From a virus (lineage: Duplodnaviria > Caudoviricetes), in IMG/VR virus record IMGVR_UViG_3300036832_001266, positions 1 through 56,268 of that record: 56,268 nt of DNA; one strand, given 5' to 3'. This document shows positions 8,945 to 17,854 of this stretch, in pieces. The position numbers were made by a program, and so were the translations under genes. Each line of letters opens with the position of its first letter. Position 1 is the first letter of the stretch. The notes under the pieces are model-generated. The model searched no databases, was not told the DNA's origin, and saw only the letters and a list, made by a program, of their open reading frames with translations.

Positions 8945-11722
8945 TCATGGCCTGCGTCCTGCTGGTTTCACCAGATAGGTGGTTGCGCCGACGCGGGCCG
9001 AGAAGCCAAGCAGCGGCGACCAATCATAGCGCATCGCCACATAACGCCCACGCGCACGTGGATTGAAGAACTGCGTCGTTGGCGTCATCGAGAACGGGCC
9101 AAAGTGCTGCTCCGGCCCTTCAGGGTAGCTCCGCATCTTGAGCGAAACCTTCACCTCGCCATTGTTCCCGAACCACTTGAAGTCGGGATGACACTGATGG
9201 ACGGAAAGCATCTGCGAGCCATCGCTCAGCTCGGTGAAGCCGCTCTCAACAAACACGTCCTCCATCGGGTTGCCATCATCGTCAAAACCACGCTCATGCT
9301 GCTGCACCAAGTTATTGCCATCGGCACCAAGCGGCGTGCCCCATATGCTAGTATCGATCCATGCCGAGCGATCTAGGGTGCCGCTATCCCAGGCATTCTC
9401 GATCGTGTTGTATTTGATGTAGTGGACCGTCTCGTTCTGCAGGATTTGATCACCCGTAACGGTATATTCCAGCAGCGCGCCGCCGACGTTGAGCTGTGCG
9501 CCCCAGACATGGGCAAACTGCCCGCTGCCAGGGTAGCTCACCTGCGTGCCATTGGTCAGATTGATGGATGTGGTCATGCTTTCGCTGTCATCGGTCTCGA
9601 ACACCATGAAGTAGCGTAACCAGCCATCGATTGCGATCCCGCCTGCAAAATCGTCAGTTGTCTCTCCCCAGCTGATGACCTTGAAGCCACCAGCTGCACC
9701 GTTGGCGACCTCGGTCCCATTGGTCACATTAAACGTCACGAACGCATTGCTACCCGACGACGATCTGGCCTCCAACGTGATGTTGCGTGTGCTGTCCTTG
9801 TAGGCATAGATCGACAGCGTAAAAATCTGCGGCTCGCCAAACTTCAGGACTTCCTGCTGGACCAGATGTACGCCATTGCTGTTGTCCTCCAGCAGCGTCA
9901 TCGCCGCGAAGGTACCGTCAGGTGCCGTCACCGTAGAACTGGGCTTTGCCTGCACATCGCGATCAAGCCAGGAAATCGTCGCCAGGCCGTTGTCGTCGAA
10001 CCAGCCGAGCGCTACGTACTCCGGTTCATAGACATAGCTAGTGTTGAAGTTGACCAGCAGGAATGCGCCTAGCCCCAGCGGCGTCCATGCCGGGCCCGCG
10101 AAGTTCTGCGAGTCCGCCAGCAGGTTCGGCTGGTCGAGCGCCTCCGACTTGGCGACGAAGTAGAAGGCAATCTCGCCGGTGGTCGAATTGGCAGCGCCGT
10201 GGCACTTCCTAATGTTGATGGGATCGAGGTTCTCGAAGATGGTATCCCACACCGAACACGGCATCATCTGCACGCCCTGGTCACCGAACGACCACACGTT
10301 TCTCAGCGACAGCCAATAGGTGGTCTTGCCGAGCGTGACGATCGCATGCGGCGCGATCGCCCCGCAGCCCGTTCCCATGACGGTAAAGCCATAGATCAGC
10401 GGCGGCCCGATATAGCTCATCGACCACAAGTCCATGTCGGTGATGAGCAGCGTGGTCTGCGGCGCCTGGATGCCCGCGACGATCTTGGAGCCGCGCGAGA
10501 GCCGATAGCTGCCGGCCTGGTTGCTGACCGTCGCGCTGTAGACGTCATAGGTGCCGGCATCGGACCAGCGCACGAGCAGCGGATCGATGTCGCCGGAGCC
10601 CATGATAGGCTCGCTTCCGAACAATACCACCTGCGCTTGCGGCATGGTGGTGAACATGCCGTTGCTATGCTGCGGTGTCGTTGGCGGCGTACTGTTCGCA
10701 CCGACGATCGTCGTGAAGGGTCCATTTGCGATCGGCGGGATGTAGGCCTGAAGCGGGCCGCCCGTGCGCAGCGCCAGACCAGTCTCACCGAGATTATCGA
10801 GGAACCAAGTGTTTTGCTGCGAGTTGCCCAGCGATTCCAAGACCGGGATGCCGAGCACATTCGCAGCCTGGCTGATGAAGGGACCACCGGTGTTGTCCTG
10901 GACAACACAGCCGTCGTAGACCTGCCTGCCGCTGCCGTTGCCGGTGAACGGCGCCGGCATCGGGAATGTGAAGGTGTCTGCATCGATCACGGCGTTAACC
11001 GTGGCTGTGCTGCCTGCTGTAGGATAAAATTCCACGACCTCGTAGTTCAACGAAGCCGAGCCCGCTTCCAATATAGTTTGCTGATTGAATGTGATGACGC
11101 TGCCCGCCGACAGCCCATGCGCCTTCCAGGTGCAGGTGATACCGTTGACGACGGTGTTCTTGAACAGGCGCGTGCCATAAGTGCCGGTCTCCGTATAGGC
11201 AGCAGCCTGCGGCATATCGAACATGAACCAGCTGCCGGCAAGGGTGTTCTTGACCGTAAAGCTTGACTTGGCCGGGATGATCCGACCACCGATCGAAAGC
11301 GGCAGCAGCGTATAGAAGGTCTCACCTATCGGTATTCCGACCAGCGTGTTCACCGTTACCGTGGTCGAGCCGCTAGTGACGCTGAAGGTCGTGGTGCTGG
11401 ATGTCGGACCAATCTCGACAATGATGCCGCCCAGCAAATTGAACTGATGCCCGAGGGTGTACTTGGTGTTCTGGACGAGAATCTCCAAGCCGAGATCACT
11501 TCCAACCAGAAGATTTTTTTCATTCTCAAGGTCTAGCCACGCATGCATGCGGCGGATGCGGGAAAGGAATGGCGTGCCGTAGAGCCGTATCCATCCGCCC
11601 ATCTTCTCCAGGAGACCGAAGCGCCAGCGCACGAGGTTGCCGGCAAACCAGGCACCGGCGGCCTGCACCTGGCTCGCCTGCGAATTGAAACCGGGCTGGG
11701 CTGCAGGCTTGACTAACGGCAT
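8945..11722 (-). CDS. Tail nozzle / DNA stabilisation protein (P22 gp10 / T7 gp12-like) with inserted beta-sandwich domain
   Basis: 925 aa; NLVRWRFGLLEKMGGW, DPLLVRWSD, NQAGSYRL, RSAWID, RARGR motifs; follows an adaptor gene. Confidence 0.8.
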   Translation of the reverse strand: MPLVKPAAQPGFNSQASQVQAAGAWFAGNLVRWRFGLLEKMGGWIRLYGTPFLSRIRRMHAWLDLENEKNLLVGSDLGLEILVQNTKYTLGHQFNLLGGIIVEIGPTSSTTTFSVTSGSTTVTVNTLVGIPIGETFYTLLPLSIGGRIIPAKSSFTVKNTLAGSWFMFDMPQAAAYTETGTYGTRLFKNTVVNGITCTWKAHGLSAGSVITFNQQTILEAGSASLNYEVVEFYPTAGSTATVNAVIDADTFTFPMPAPFTGNGSGRQVYDGCVVQDNTGGPFISQAANVLGIPVLESLGNSQQNTWFLDNLGETGLALRTGGPLQAYIPPIANGPFTTIVGANSTPPTTPQHSNGMFTTMPQAQVVLFGSEPIMGSGDIDPLLVRWSDAGTYDVYSATVSNQAGSYRLSRGSKIVAGIQAPQTTLLITDMDLWSMSYIGPPLIYGFTVMGTGCGAIAPHAIVTLGKTTYWLSLRNVWSFGDQGVQMMPCSVWDTIFENLDPINIRKCHGAANSTTGEIAFYFVAKSEALDQPNLLADSQNFAGPAWTPLGLGAFLLVNFNTSYVYEPEYVALGWFDDNGLATISWLDRDVQAKPSSTVTAPDGTFAAMTLLEDNSNGVHLVQQEVLKFGEPQIFTLSIYAYKDSTRNITLEARSSSGSNAFVTFNVTNGTEVANGAAGGFKVISWGETTDDFAGGIAIDGWLRYFMVFETDDSESMTTSINLTNGTQVSYPGSGQFAHVWGAQLNVGGALLEYTVTGDQILQNETVHYIKYNTIENAWDSGTLDRSAWIDTSIWGTPLGADGNNLVQQHERGFDDDGNPMEDVFVESGFTELSDGSQMLSVHQCHPDFKWFGNNGEVKVSLKMRSYPEGPEQHFGPFSMTPTTQFFNPRARGRYVAMRYDWSPLLGFSARVGATTYLVKPAGRRP

Positions 11723-12462
11723 CAGGGCGCTCTCGGCTGTGCTGCCGGCGCCGGCGGCTCGGCGGTGAAGCCCGGGCCCTCGCCGCGCATGCGCGCCACC
11801 TCAAGCATGACGCCACTCTTGAGATAATCATACTGCGCCTGCCAGCTCTGCGCGCGCTGCGGATCATCGGCCTGCGCCCCGAAATCACGCTGATAGCCGG
11901 CGGCGAAGATCATGCAGGCGCACAGGAACAGCTCGGGATAGGTCACGCTCAGATACGTTGTCGGATTGGCTGGAGATAGCGGATCGGGACGAATGTCCCC
12001 CAACACCTCGATGAGATAGGGCTGATCTGGTGTCGGCATGAACCGCAGGACATGCTGCATCATCTGCGGTGGTGACGCCGACGCCACCCCACCGATCATA
12101 GCATACTTTTGCGGGACGTTCGGCCGATACAACGGCTGCGGCCACAGATAATCAAGCACCTGCGGCGGTATGCGCTCCAACGGAGTACGTATCGTATTCA
12201 TGGTGATCGAGGTCGTCACCGGCGTACAAATGTTAACGCCGCGCAGATTTATCACCGCAGGCGGCAGCACGACCTCGCGATTGCGCGCGCTAAGCTGCAC
12301 CGGCTGCGTGATCTCGTTCGCCAGGAACAGCAACTCGCGATAGATGCGCCCATCGGCATAGAGGAACATCGCCGGCACAATGCGCTGAAAATTATCGTCA
12401 CTGCCGTTCAGCGGCACCTCGCACATCGTTTGCAGCGAGGAGACAATCTCGTCATACGTCAT
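11722..12462 (-). CDS. Head-tail adaptor / tail tubular protein A-like
   Basis: ADGRIYREL, PQKYA, PTPDQPY, TTYLSVTYPELFL motifs; ATGA coupling at 12462. Confidence 0.75.
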   Translation of the reverse strand: MTYDEIVSSLQTMCEVPLNGSDDNFQRIVPAMFLYADGRIYRELLFLANEITQPVQLSARNREVVLPPAVINLRGVNICTPVTTSITMNTIRTPLERIPPQVLDYLWPQPLYRPNVPQKYAMIGGVASASPPQMMQHVLRFMPTPDQPYLIEVLGDIRPDPLSPANPTTYLSVTYPELFLCACMIFAAGYQRDFGAQADDPQRAQSWQAQYDYLKSGVMLEVARMRGEGPGFTAEPPAPAAQPRAP

Positions 12463-12791
12463 GTCACGGAGACTCCTCGGATGTGAGTCCACAGGTTCCG
12501 CAAGTTGCCGCTGTCGGTAGTGATCGAGGCATGTAGCGCATAAGTCACACCGGGAAGAAACCCACCCATGCGTTGTATGGTCACCGTCGGCAAAGCGCTG
12601 CCATCTGTCGTCCACAGGCTCGATGGTCCCTGCAGATGGACGCTGGGGTTAGGATCAACCCCCACAATAACGATAATCGTCCAACTCGAGGACAGCAGCT
12701 GTTCGGTGGGATCGAGGTCGTTGACAAAGTCGAGGCCATAGACCTGGCTCTCGCTTTGCTCGACGGGATCGAAATCTCTGCCAACGTAGAT
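12459..12791 (-). CDS. Fibre-tail adaptor-like protein with apparent ATC start
   Basis: Frame open from ATC 12791 (IYVGRDFDPVEQSESQVYGLDFVNDL...), AGGAGG 5 nt upstream; the track shows only the C-terminal 68 aa. Confidence 0.65.
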   Translation of the reverse strand: MYVGRDFDPVEQSESQVYGLDFVNDLDPTEQLLSSSWTIIVIVGVDPNPSVHLQGPSSLWTTDGSALPTVTIQRMGGFLPGVTYALHASITTDSGNLRNLWTHIRGVSVT

Positions 12792-12800
12792 TGTCGCCTC

Positions 12801-13088
12801 CTACTTCTCGTGACTCAGAAACGTAATCCTCCTGATCTCGTTCTTGAGCATGTGATCCGGTTGTTTAACCACAAAAACTCGCGGCGCAAAAAAACGGCTC
12901 ACATTGACGACAAGCTGCGGAAAAATCTCGATCTCGATTATCGGCGAAAAAAACAGATTAGTGTTGACAAAGAGCGGCACCCCCGCATTCGCGTCGGCGA
13001 GATTGCGATCGTACCACGACCATGGCGATAGATTGGCCTGGTCCTGCCAGCCCCAAGGAACGTACTGCGGCTCATAGACATAGTACAT
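12801..13088 (-). CDS. Hypothetical tail-region protein (YVYEP motif)
   Basis: 95 aa; N-terminal motif duplicated inside the nozzle gene. Confidence 0.65.
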   Translation of the reverse strand: MYYVYEPQYVPWGWQDQANLSPWSWYDRNLADANAGVPLFVNTNLFFSPIIEIEIFPQLVVNVSRFFAPRVFVVKQPDHMLKNEIRRITFLSHEK

Positions 13089-13100
13089 TTATCCGCGGCC

Positions 13101-13262
13101 TCACGGCCCCCCGAGATACATGCTGTTTGTCTTATGATTGAATTTCATCGCTGGCAGTGTCACCGGCGGCGAAATCGGAGGAAGCGGCTCGAAATAAATA
13201 AGGTTAACCGTCTCCGCCGGCACCAGAGCAATGTTGGCATCCGGCGGAGGGCCGTTGCTCAT
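13101..13262 (-). CDS. Small tail-region protein (53 aa)
   Basis: Hand-translated MSNGPPPD...MKFNHKTNSMYLGGP; ATGA overlap, GGAGG RBS. Confidence 0.55.
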   Translation of the reverse strand: MSNGPPPDANIALVPAETVNLIYFEPLPPISPPVTLPAMKFNHKTNSMYLGGP

Positions 13263-13612
13263 CGCAAACCTCCAGGTATGCTATCGGTCACATCCGGCGT
13301 CACCGTAACCGGCCCAGCGGCTGGCGTAGACACCTGGCCCGAGACATAGGTTAGTTGAAGGTCCCACGCCCCCTTTGCCGGCAGAAGCTGGCTGTCAGTC
13401 GCAGCCAGCTGTACATCAACGATGTTAGGCAGCGTGACCGTACAGATCAGGTTCGTGATCTGCGCGCCGCCCGGCTTATCGCGTATCTGGCTCTTGGCCG
13501 TGACCCCAGTGAGATCGGCCGGCTGCGTGTTTGCGGTATCCGTAAAAAACGCAAAGCGCCACCGTCCGGAGTCTCCGCGGTAGATATTCAACGAAAACGG
13601 TGACGGCTGCAT
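13259..13612 (-). CDS. Tail/baseplate-type small Ig-like protein
   Basis: LNIYRGDS...DLTG...QIR...WDLQL...VTPDVT motif. Confidence 0.7.
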   Translation of the reverse strand: MQPSPFSLNIYRGDSGRWRFAFFTDTANTQPADLTGVTAKSQIRDKPGGAQITNLICTVTLPNIVDVQLAATDSQLLPAKGAWDLQLTYVSGQVSTPAAGPVTVTPDVTDSIPGGLR

Positions 13613-13621
13613 TGTCGGCTC

Positions 13622-13927
13622 TCATCGGAAAAACTTGTTCTCGTTGACGACGAACGGCGCCCTGACAACCTGCGTGAAAGGAAACACTGAGCGGCGCATC
13701 CCGCTCACTGGATCGTAGTGATGATCGAGCAGCAACGTCTTGGCGCGTCCGGTCCAGTCATCCAGTTCTGCCTCGGCTTCCCGACGTGTCGGGGTTGATT
13801 GCCGAATACAGTGAACCATCAAGTTCATGGCTAAGCTCTTCACCAAATCCATCGAGGCACCCGCGCAGATGTCCATCATCTTGCTCAGCAGCTCGTACTC
13901 GGGCCCTTCGGTCAGCGGATCGTTCAC
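13622..13927 (-). CDS. Hypothetical protein
   Basis: 101 aa, GTGA coupling. Confidence 0.65.
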   Translation of the reverse strand: MNDPLTEGPEYELLSKMMDICAGASMDLVKSLAMNLMVHCIRQSTPTRREAEAELDDWTGRAKTLLLDHHYDPVSGMRRSVFPFTQVVRAPFVVNENKFFR

Positions 13928-14343
13928 AGCTGAAATATCCCTCGGCTATCCCACGTCACGATCACGTTGCCACCATTGGCAGAGACTGGAAATCCAACCA
14001 CGCCAGTGTCTTCGTACATCGCCAGTCGCCAGCTGCTGTTGACACCACTATTGTGCCGATAAGCCACGAGCGCGCCAACCGGCGCTCCGCTGACATTGAC
14101 GAACACCACCGTGCCACCCTTGAACACGCCACCCGCCACCGTATTTGTCAGGATTGGCTGATCGATTCCCTGCACGTTGTTCAAATCGGTGTAAAACTGA
14201 TGCGCCGCCGAGTAGACATATCCAGGACTGATCGCAACCAGCGCAAGATAGGGTGCGTCGACGCCCGCGCCGTCCATCCCGTTGTTGAGATCGGAGGCCG
14301 TCATCACGCTCTGTTTCCAGAGCGGGTAAAGTGCGTTGGTCAC
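13924..14343 (-). CDS. Putative tail structural protein
   Basis: TNALYPLWK...PVSANGGNVIVTWDSRGIFQL; probable GTG start at 14343. Confidence 0.7.
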   Translation of the reverse strand: MTNALYPLWKQSVMTASDLNNGMDGAGVDAPYLALVAISPGYVYSAAHQFYTDLNNVQGIDQPILTNTVAGGVFKGGTVVFVNVSGAPVGALVAYRHNSGVNSSWRLAMYEDTGVVGFPVSANGGNVIVTWDSRGIFQL

Positions 14344-14344
14344 G

Positions 14345-14539
14345 TTATTGCGCTTCCGCCTGACTGTCTTCATCATCTCGGGTTATGCGAACCCGCGACC
14401 TACCAGAAAACCCAGCAACAGGAGTAGTTCCGCCGCTAGGACAGACCAAGAAGTTTCCGAGATCATCTGTAAATCCACATGCCGAAGCATCATCGACAAA
14501 GATTGACTGACCGCTGTCGTCTACGATTTGAACAGGCAT
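14345..14539 (-). CDS. Hypothetical protein
   Basis: 64 aa, fills the gap between its neighbours. Confidence 0.5.
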   Translation of the reverse strand: MPVQIVDDSGQSIFVDDASACGFTDDLGNFLVCPSGGTTPVAGFSGRSRVRITRDDEDSQAEAQ

Positions 14540-14541
14540 CG

Positions 14542-15885
14542 CTATGCTCCCATCACTGTCCAGTTCGTTCCATTAAAGCGCCCGAGAACATAATTGGTCC
14601 CGCCACCGGCGATCGCTACGCCGAATGCCGCCGTATTGCTGTCTGTGATGTTGGCCTGCATCCCTACACGTCCGGTCGGCAGCGATGCAAATGCGCTAGT
14701 CGGTGCGTGCCACGTCAGGTGGCCAGTAAAGGAGCCAAAAGGAGTACCACTGGTAAGGGTTACGTCTCTCATTTCTACATCACCACCCCCCTGCACTCCC
14801 CAAACGGGACATTGCACAATGCAGTGCTGGCTTCCTGCTTCGGCAGCGGAGAAAGCAATGCCCCCGCTGCTGCTAGCGCAATCGATTATGTAGCAGCCAG
14901 TATGTTGGGATAGAACTCCGCTCGGCAGAATGCAGCCACTGATAAACATTGGAAAAAATGTTTCTATGTCCCAACCGCCATTACCAGAAAACGTAACGCC
15001 AGCTACATGGCTCAGCCCAAACCTGGTGTATATACCAACATCGACGCAATTGCTGACGGTGCCGCCGTAAAGATCGTGCGCAAGCACATTGGCTTGTAGA
15101 CAATTCAATCCACGATAGCAGCTCGTAAAGACACAGCCGATGAAGATCGCAGTATCACACTCCTGCCCAGTGTTTCCGCCAGGACCGCTCGTGCCATTAG
15201 GCGGCAGCGTTGCTGGGAAGTTCGGCCCGGAGCACCAGCCGAAGGTAGCGTTTGTGAATTTGCAGTTGATGATTTGCAGATAAGTCGTCTGTTGGTCTAC
15301 ATTGTTGGCGCCAAAAGTGACGCCCCCATCCCAGTTCCAATTAAATCCACAAGTGCCATCTGCGAGCAACGACCCACGCCAAGGGCCGCCCATGTCAATG
15401 CACAAGTCCCTGATGGTGGCAGAGGCAAAGCCATTGGTCAGGAACATGTTCGTCATAGTTCCAGCGGTGCCAGAATAGACACCGGTAAGATCGACTGAAC
15501 CACCGGGCGGCATAGCAGCCCATTTCAAGACAGTCGCATCCATACCGTCGCCAAAAAACAGCACTCCACGAACGCCTAGGATGTTGATCTGTGACTTGAT
15601 GTTGTAAGTACCAGCAGGAAAATAGACCGCCAGATTCTTCCAGTTCTGACCGTTCTTGGTGTTATTGGGCGAGAACCAGTTGGCACCACCAAACGCTGCC
15701 GTCAGCGCATTCTGAATTGCCGGTCCAGAATCACCGCTGCCGCCAGTATTGTCTGCACCGAAATCCAGCACATTCACGCATTTATGCGGATAGAACAGCC
15801 CGCGCCCGAGACGATCCCGGAAAGCACGAGATGTCACTGCAGGCGATGGCGCCGTTATCGGCGAGTCCGTGAAATTGACTGTCAT
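14542..15885 (-). CDS. Tailspike / parallel beta-helix (pectate lyase-like) protein 2
   Basis: VNVLDFGADNTG..DSGPAIQNA...VYFPAGTY; ATGA coupling at 15885. Confidence 0.85.
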   Translation of the reverse strand: MTVNFTDSPITAPSPAVTSRAFRDRLGRGLFYPHKCVNVLDFGADNTGGSGDSGPAIQNALTAAFGGANWFSPNNTKNGQNWKNLAVYFPAGTYNIKSQINILGVRGVLFFGDGMDATVLKWAAMPPGGSVDLTGVYSGTAGTMTNMFLTNGFASATIRDLCIDMGGPWRGSLLADGTCGFNWNWDGGVTFGANNVDQQTTYLQIINCKFTNATFGWCSGPNFPATLPPNGTSGPGGNTGQECDTAIFIGCVFTSCYRGLNCLQANVLAHDLYGGTVSNCVDVGIYTRFGLSHVAGVTFSGNGGWDIETFFPMFISGCILPSGVLSQHTGCYIIDCASSSGGIAFSAAEAGSQHCIVQCPVWGVQGGGDVEMRDVTLTSGTPFGSFTGHLTWHAPTSAFASLPTGRVGMQANITDSNTAAFGVAIAGGGTNYVLGRFNGTNWTVMGA

Positions 15886-17099
15886 ACACCCATCACCGTC
15901 CAACCTGTGCCAGAACGATAGCGGAGCCGCTTGTAGAGCAAGCCGCCGCCAGCCTCTACGTGGCCGAAAGTAATCGTTGCGTCGCCATCCGTGATGTTTG
16001 CCTCCATGCCGTTATAGCCCGTCGGTAGGCTGGCAAAAGTTGTCGTCGGCACGAGCCAATGCGTCAGAATGCCGGTGAAGCTCGACAAGAAATTAGCAGT
16101 AAAATTATTGATGTTGCGAAGCTGGAGTATGCCATTGCCGCTAATCGGAGATGGGTCGGACACAACATCAAAGCAATCGAGATAAAGTCTACCGGGACTG
16201 TTCACCACTCCGATCTGCCCTGGATTTGCTATGGAGAAGCCTACAACGGAGAGCGAACCACCTGTCACTTTGAAGGATTGGCCAGCAGTACTGATCTCCG
16301 ATCGGCCGCCTGCTACAACGGTATTGCCAGCGTCTATTTGAATGCCCACGCCGATAGGATCGGCAACGGTCACATCGGTGATTGCACTGATCCCACCGGC
16401 CGCAACCCAAACGCCAATGCCGCTACTTGCCGCTGTCCCGATGGAGGTACATTGGTTGATAAGATTGCCGACCGCTGTCGCCGCATTGACCTTTAAGCCA
16501 GTACCAGTGCCAGTCGGAATAAATTCGCAGCCGATGAAACAGTTAGCATTCCCACCAGCTGCCGTCGTCGGTTGAATGAGCACACAGTTCGTAGCGCAAT
16601 GTGTAAACAGACAGCGCACAAAAGTGTTATTCGACAGACCGACGGCTACCCCTCCTGCTTGCAGGTCTAAAACCAAACCATTGCCGGCTTGGCCATTGCC
16701 ATCGAAGCCCAGCCCCTCAATGAAACAATCTTGTAGTCCATCTGTCCTGAGTATGTTGGCGCCGGGGCCGTTCAGCCGCAACACGCTCACATCCGGCCCA
16801 TCACCGAAAATGCGTCCACCCAGCACCCGGGTCAGCGTCAGGCTGTTGCACTGATACATCCCAGCCGGGAAATAAACCGGCTTGTTCAGCGTCGCATTCG
16901 TGCCATGCGGTGCGCCGGCAGTACCGAACGCCGCATTGAAGGCATTTTGGATTGCTGTAGTGTCATCCGTCGCGCCATTGCCCGCTGCATTAAAATCCTT
17001 GACGTTGATGACCTCAGCAAGCCGAGCAGAAAGCGGGCGAGTGACTGCACCCGTGGCGCCGGGAAAGCTGGTGACTGTAGCAGTGGTGAGAGTTGGCAT
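15882..17099 (-). CDS. Tailspike / parallel beta-helix (pectate lyase-like) protein 1
   Basis: INVKDFNAAGNGATDDTTAIQNA...VYFPAGMY; strong GGAGG RBS. Confidence 0.85.
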   Translation of the reverse strand: MPTLTTATVTSFPGATGAVTRPLSARLAEVINVKDFNAAGNGATDDTTAIQNAFNAAFGTAGAPHGTNATLNKPVYFPAGMYQCNSLTLTRVLGGRIFGDGPDVSVLRLNGPGANILRTDGLQDCFIEGLGFDGNGQAGNGLVLDLQAGGVAVGLSNNTFVRCLFTHCATNCVLIQPTTAAGGNANCFIGCEFIPTGTGTGLKVNAATAVGNLINQCTSIGTAASSGIGVWVAAGGISAITDVTVADPIGVGIQIDAGNTVVAGGRSEISTAGQSFKVTGGSLSVVGFSIANPGQIGVVNSPGRLYLDCFDVVSDPSPISGNGILQLRNINNFTANFLSSFTGILTHWLVPTTTFASLPTGYNGMEANITDGDATITFGHVEAGGGLLYKRLRYRSGTGWTVMGV

Positions 17100-17854
17100 T
17101 AACCTCCTCCTGCCGCATAGAGTGCTGCAACATCGGCCGCACTCAGCGCACGATTATAAAGTCGAACTTTTTGCAGCCGCCCTGTGAGCATGCCGTCTGT
17201 GCTGGTCATCGCCCCCATATTGTCGCCAACACCAGTACCAGGAGCCGCGCCGAAGTCGCCGTTTTGCGCAGCAGTAGCGAGAAGCACACCATTGGAATAC
17301 AAATTCATTGCGCCGCCTGCGCCACCACCCAAATTGGTGCCGACGAGGTGTATCCAAGTGTTCGACACAACGGTCGTAACGGCCGTCGAAATGCCCGTAG
17401 AGGAAGTGCCGAAGTAGACCCCGCCAGGTCCGGTGATGCGGTTGGAGATACGCACATAGTTCGACCCGTCCCCAACCAGATCGCTGTAAAAGAATGTCTG
17501 GCCACCACCGGCCGAACTGTTGAGTGAGTTATTCGTGACCAATCCCCAGAGCGCAATCGAGAAGCTACCGGCGGTATTCCAATTGCGCGGATTGGTGCTG
17601 AGCGCCAGTCGAGTGCCTACTGCACCATCGAGCGCGCGTGCCGTTGCAAGCGAACTCGCGGGCGGGCCTGCAGCACTGGTAACGGTACCAACATTAGGCC
17701 AAAGAGCGTTATTACCTGCGAAAACATCCGCTACGGTCTGTCCTGCCACATTCGTATTGGCGTCGTCCATCGGCCAATAATTGATCAGGCCAGTGGCATA
17801 ATCACCACCACCTGTCACCACCACTCGATCGGTAAGAACGCCCATCATCGTCAT
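17099..17854 (-). CDS. LamG / concanavalin A-like domain virion protein
   Basis: GLINYWPMD, FSIALW, WIHLVGT, VRLYNRALSAADVAALY; ATGA start at 17854. Confidence 0.8.
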   Translation of the reverse strand: MTMMGVLTDRVVVTGGGDYATGLINYWPMDDANTNVAGQTVADVFAGNNALWPNVGTVTSAAGPPASSLATARALDGAVGTRLALSTNPRNWNTAGSFSIALWGLVTNNSLNSSAGGGQTFFYSDLVGDGSNYVRISNRITGPGGVYFGTSSTGISTAVTTVVSNTWIHLVGTNLGGGAGGAMNLYSNGVLLATAAQNGDFGAAPGTGVGDNMGAMTSTDGMLTGRLQKVRLYNRALSAADVAALYAAGGG

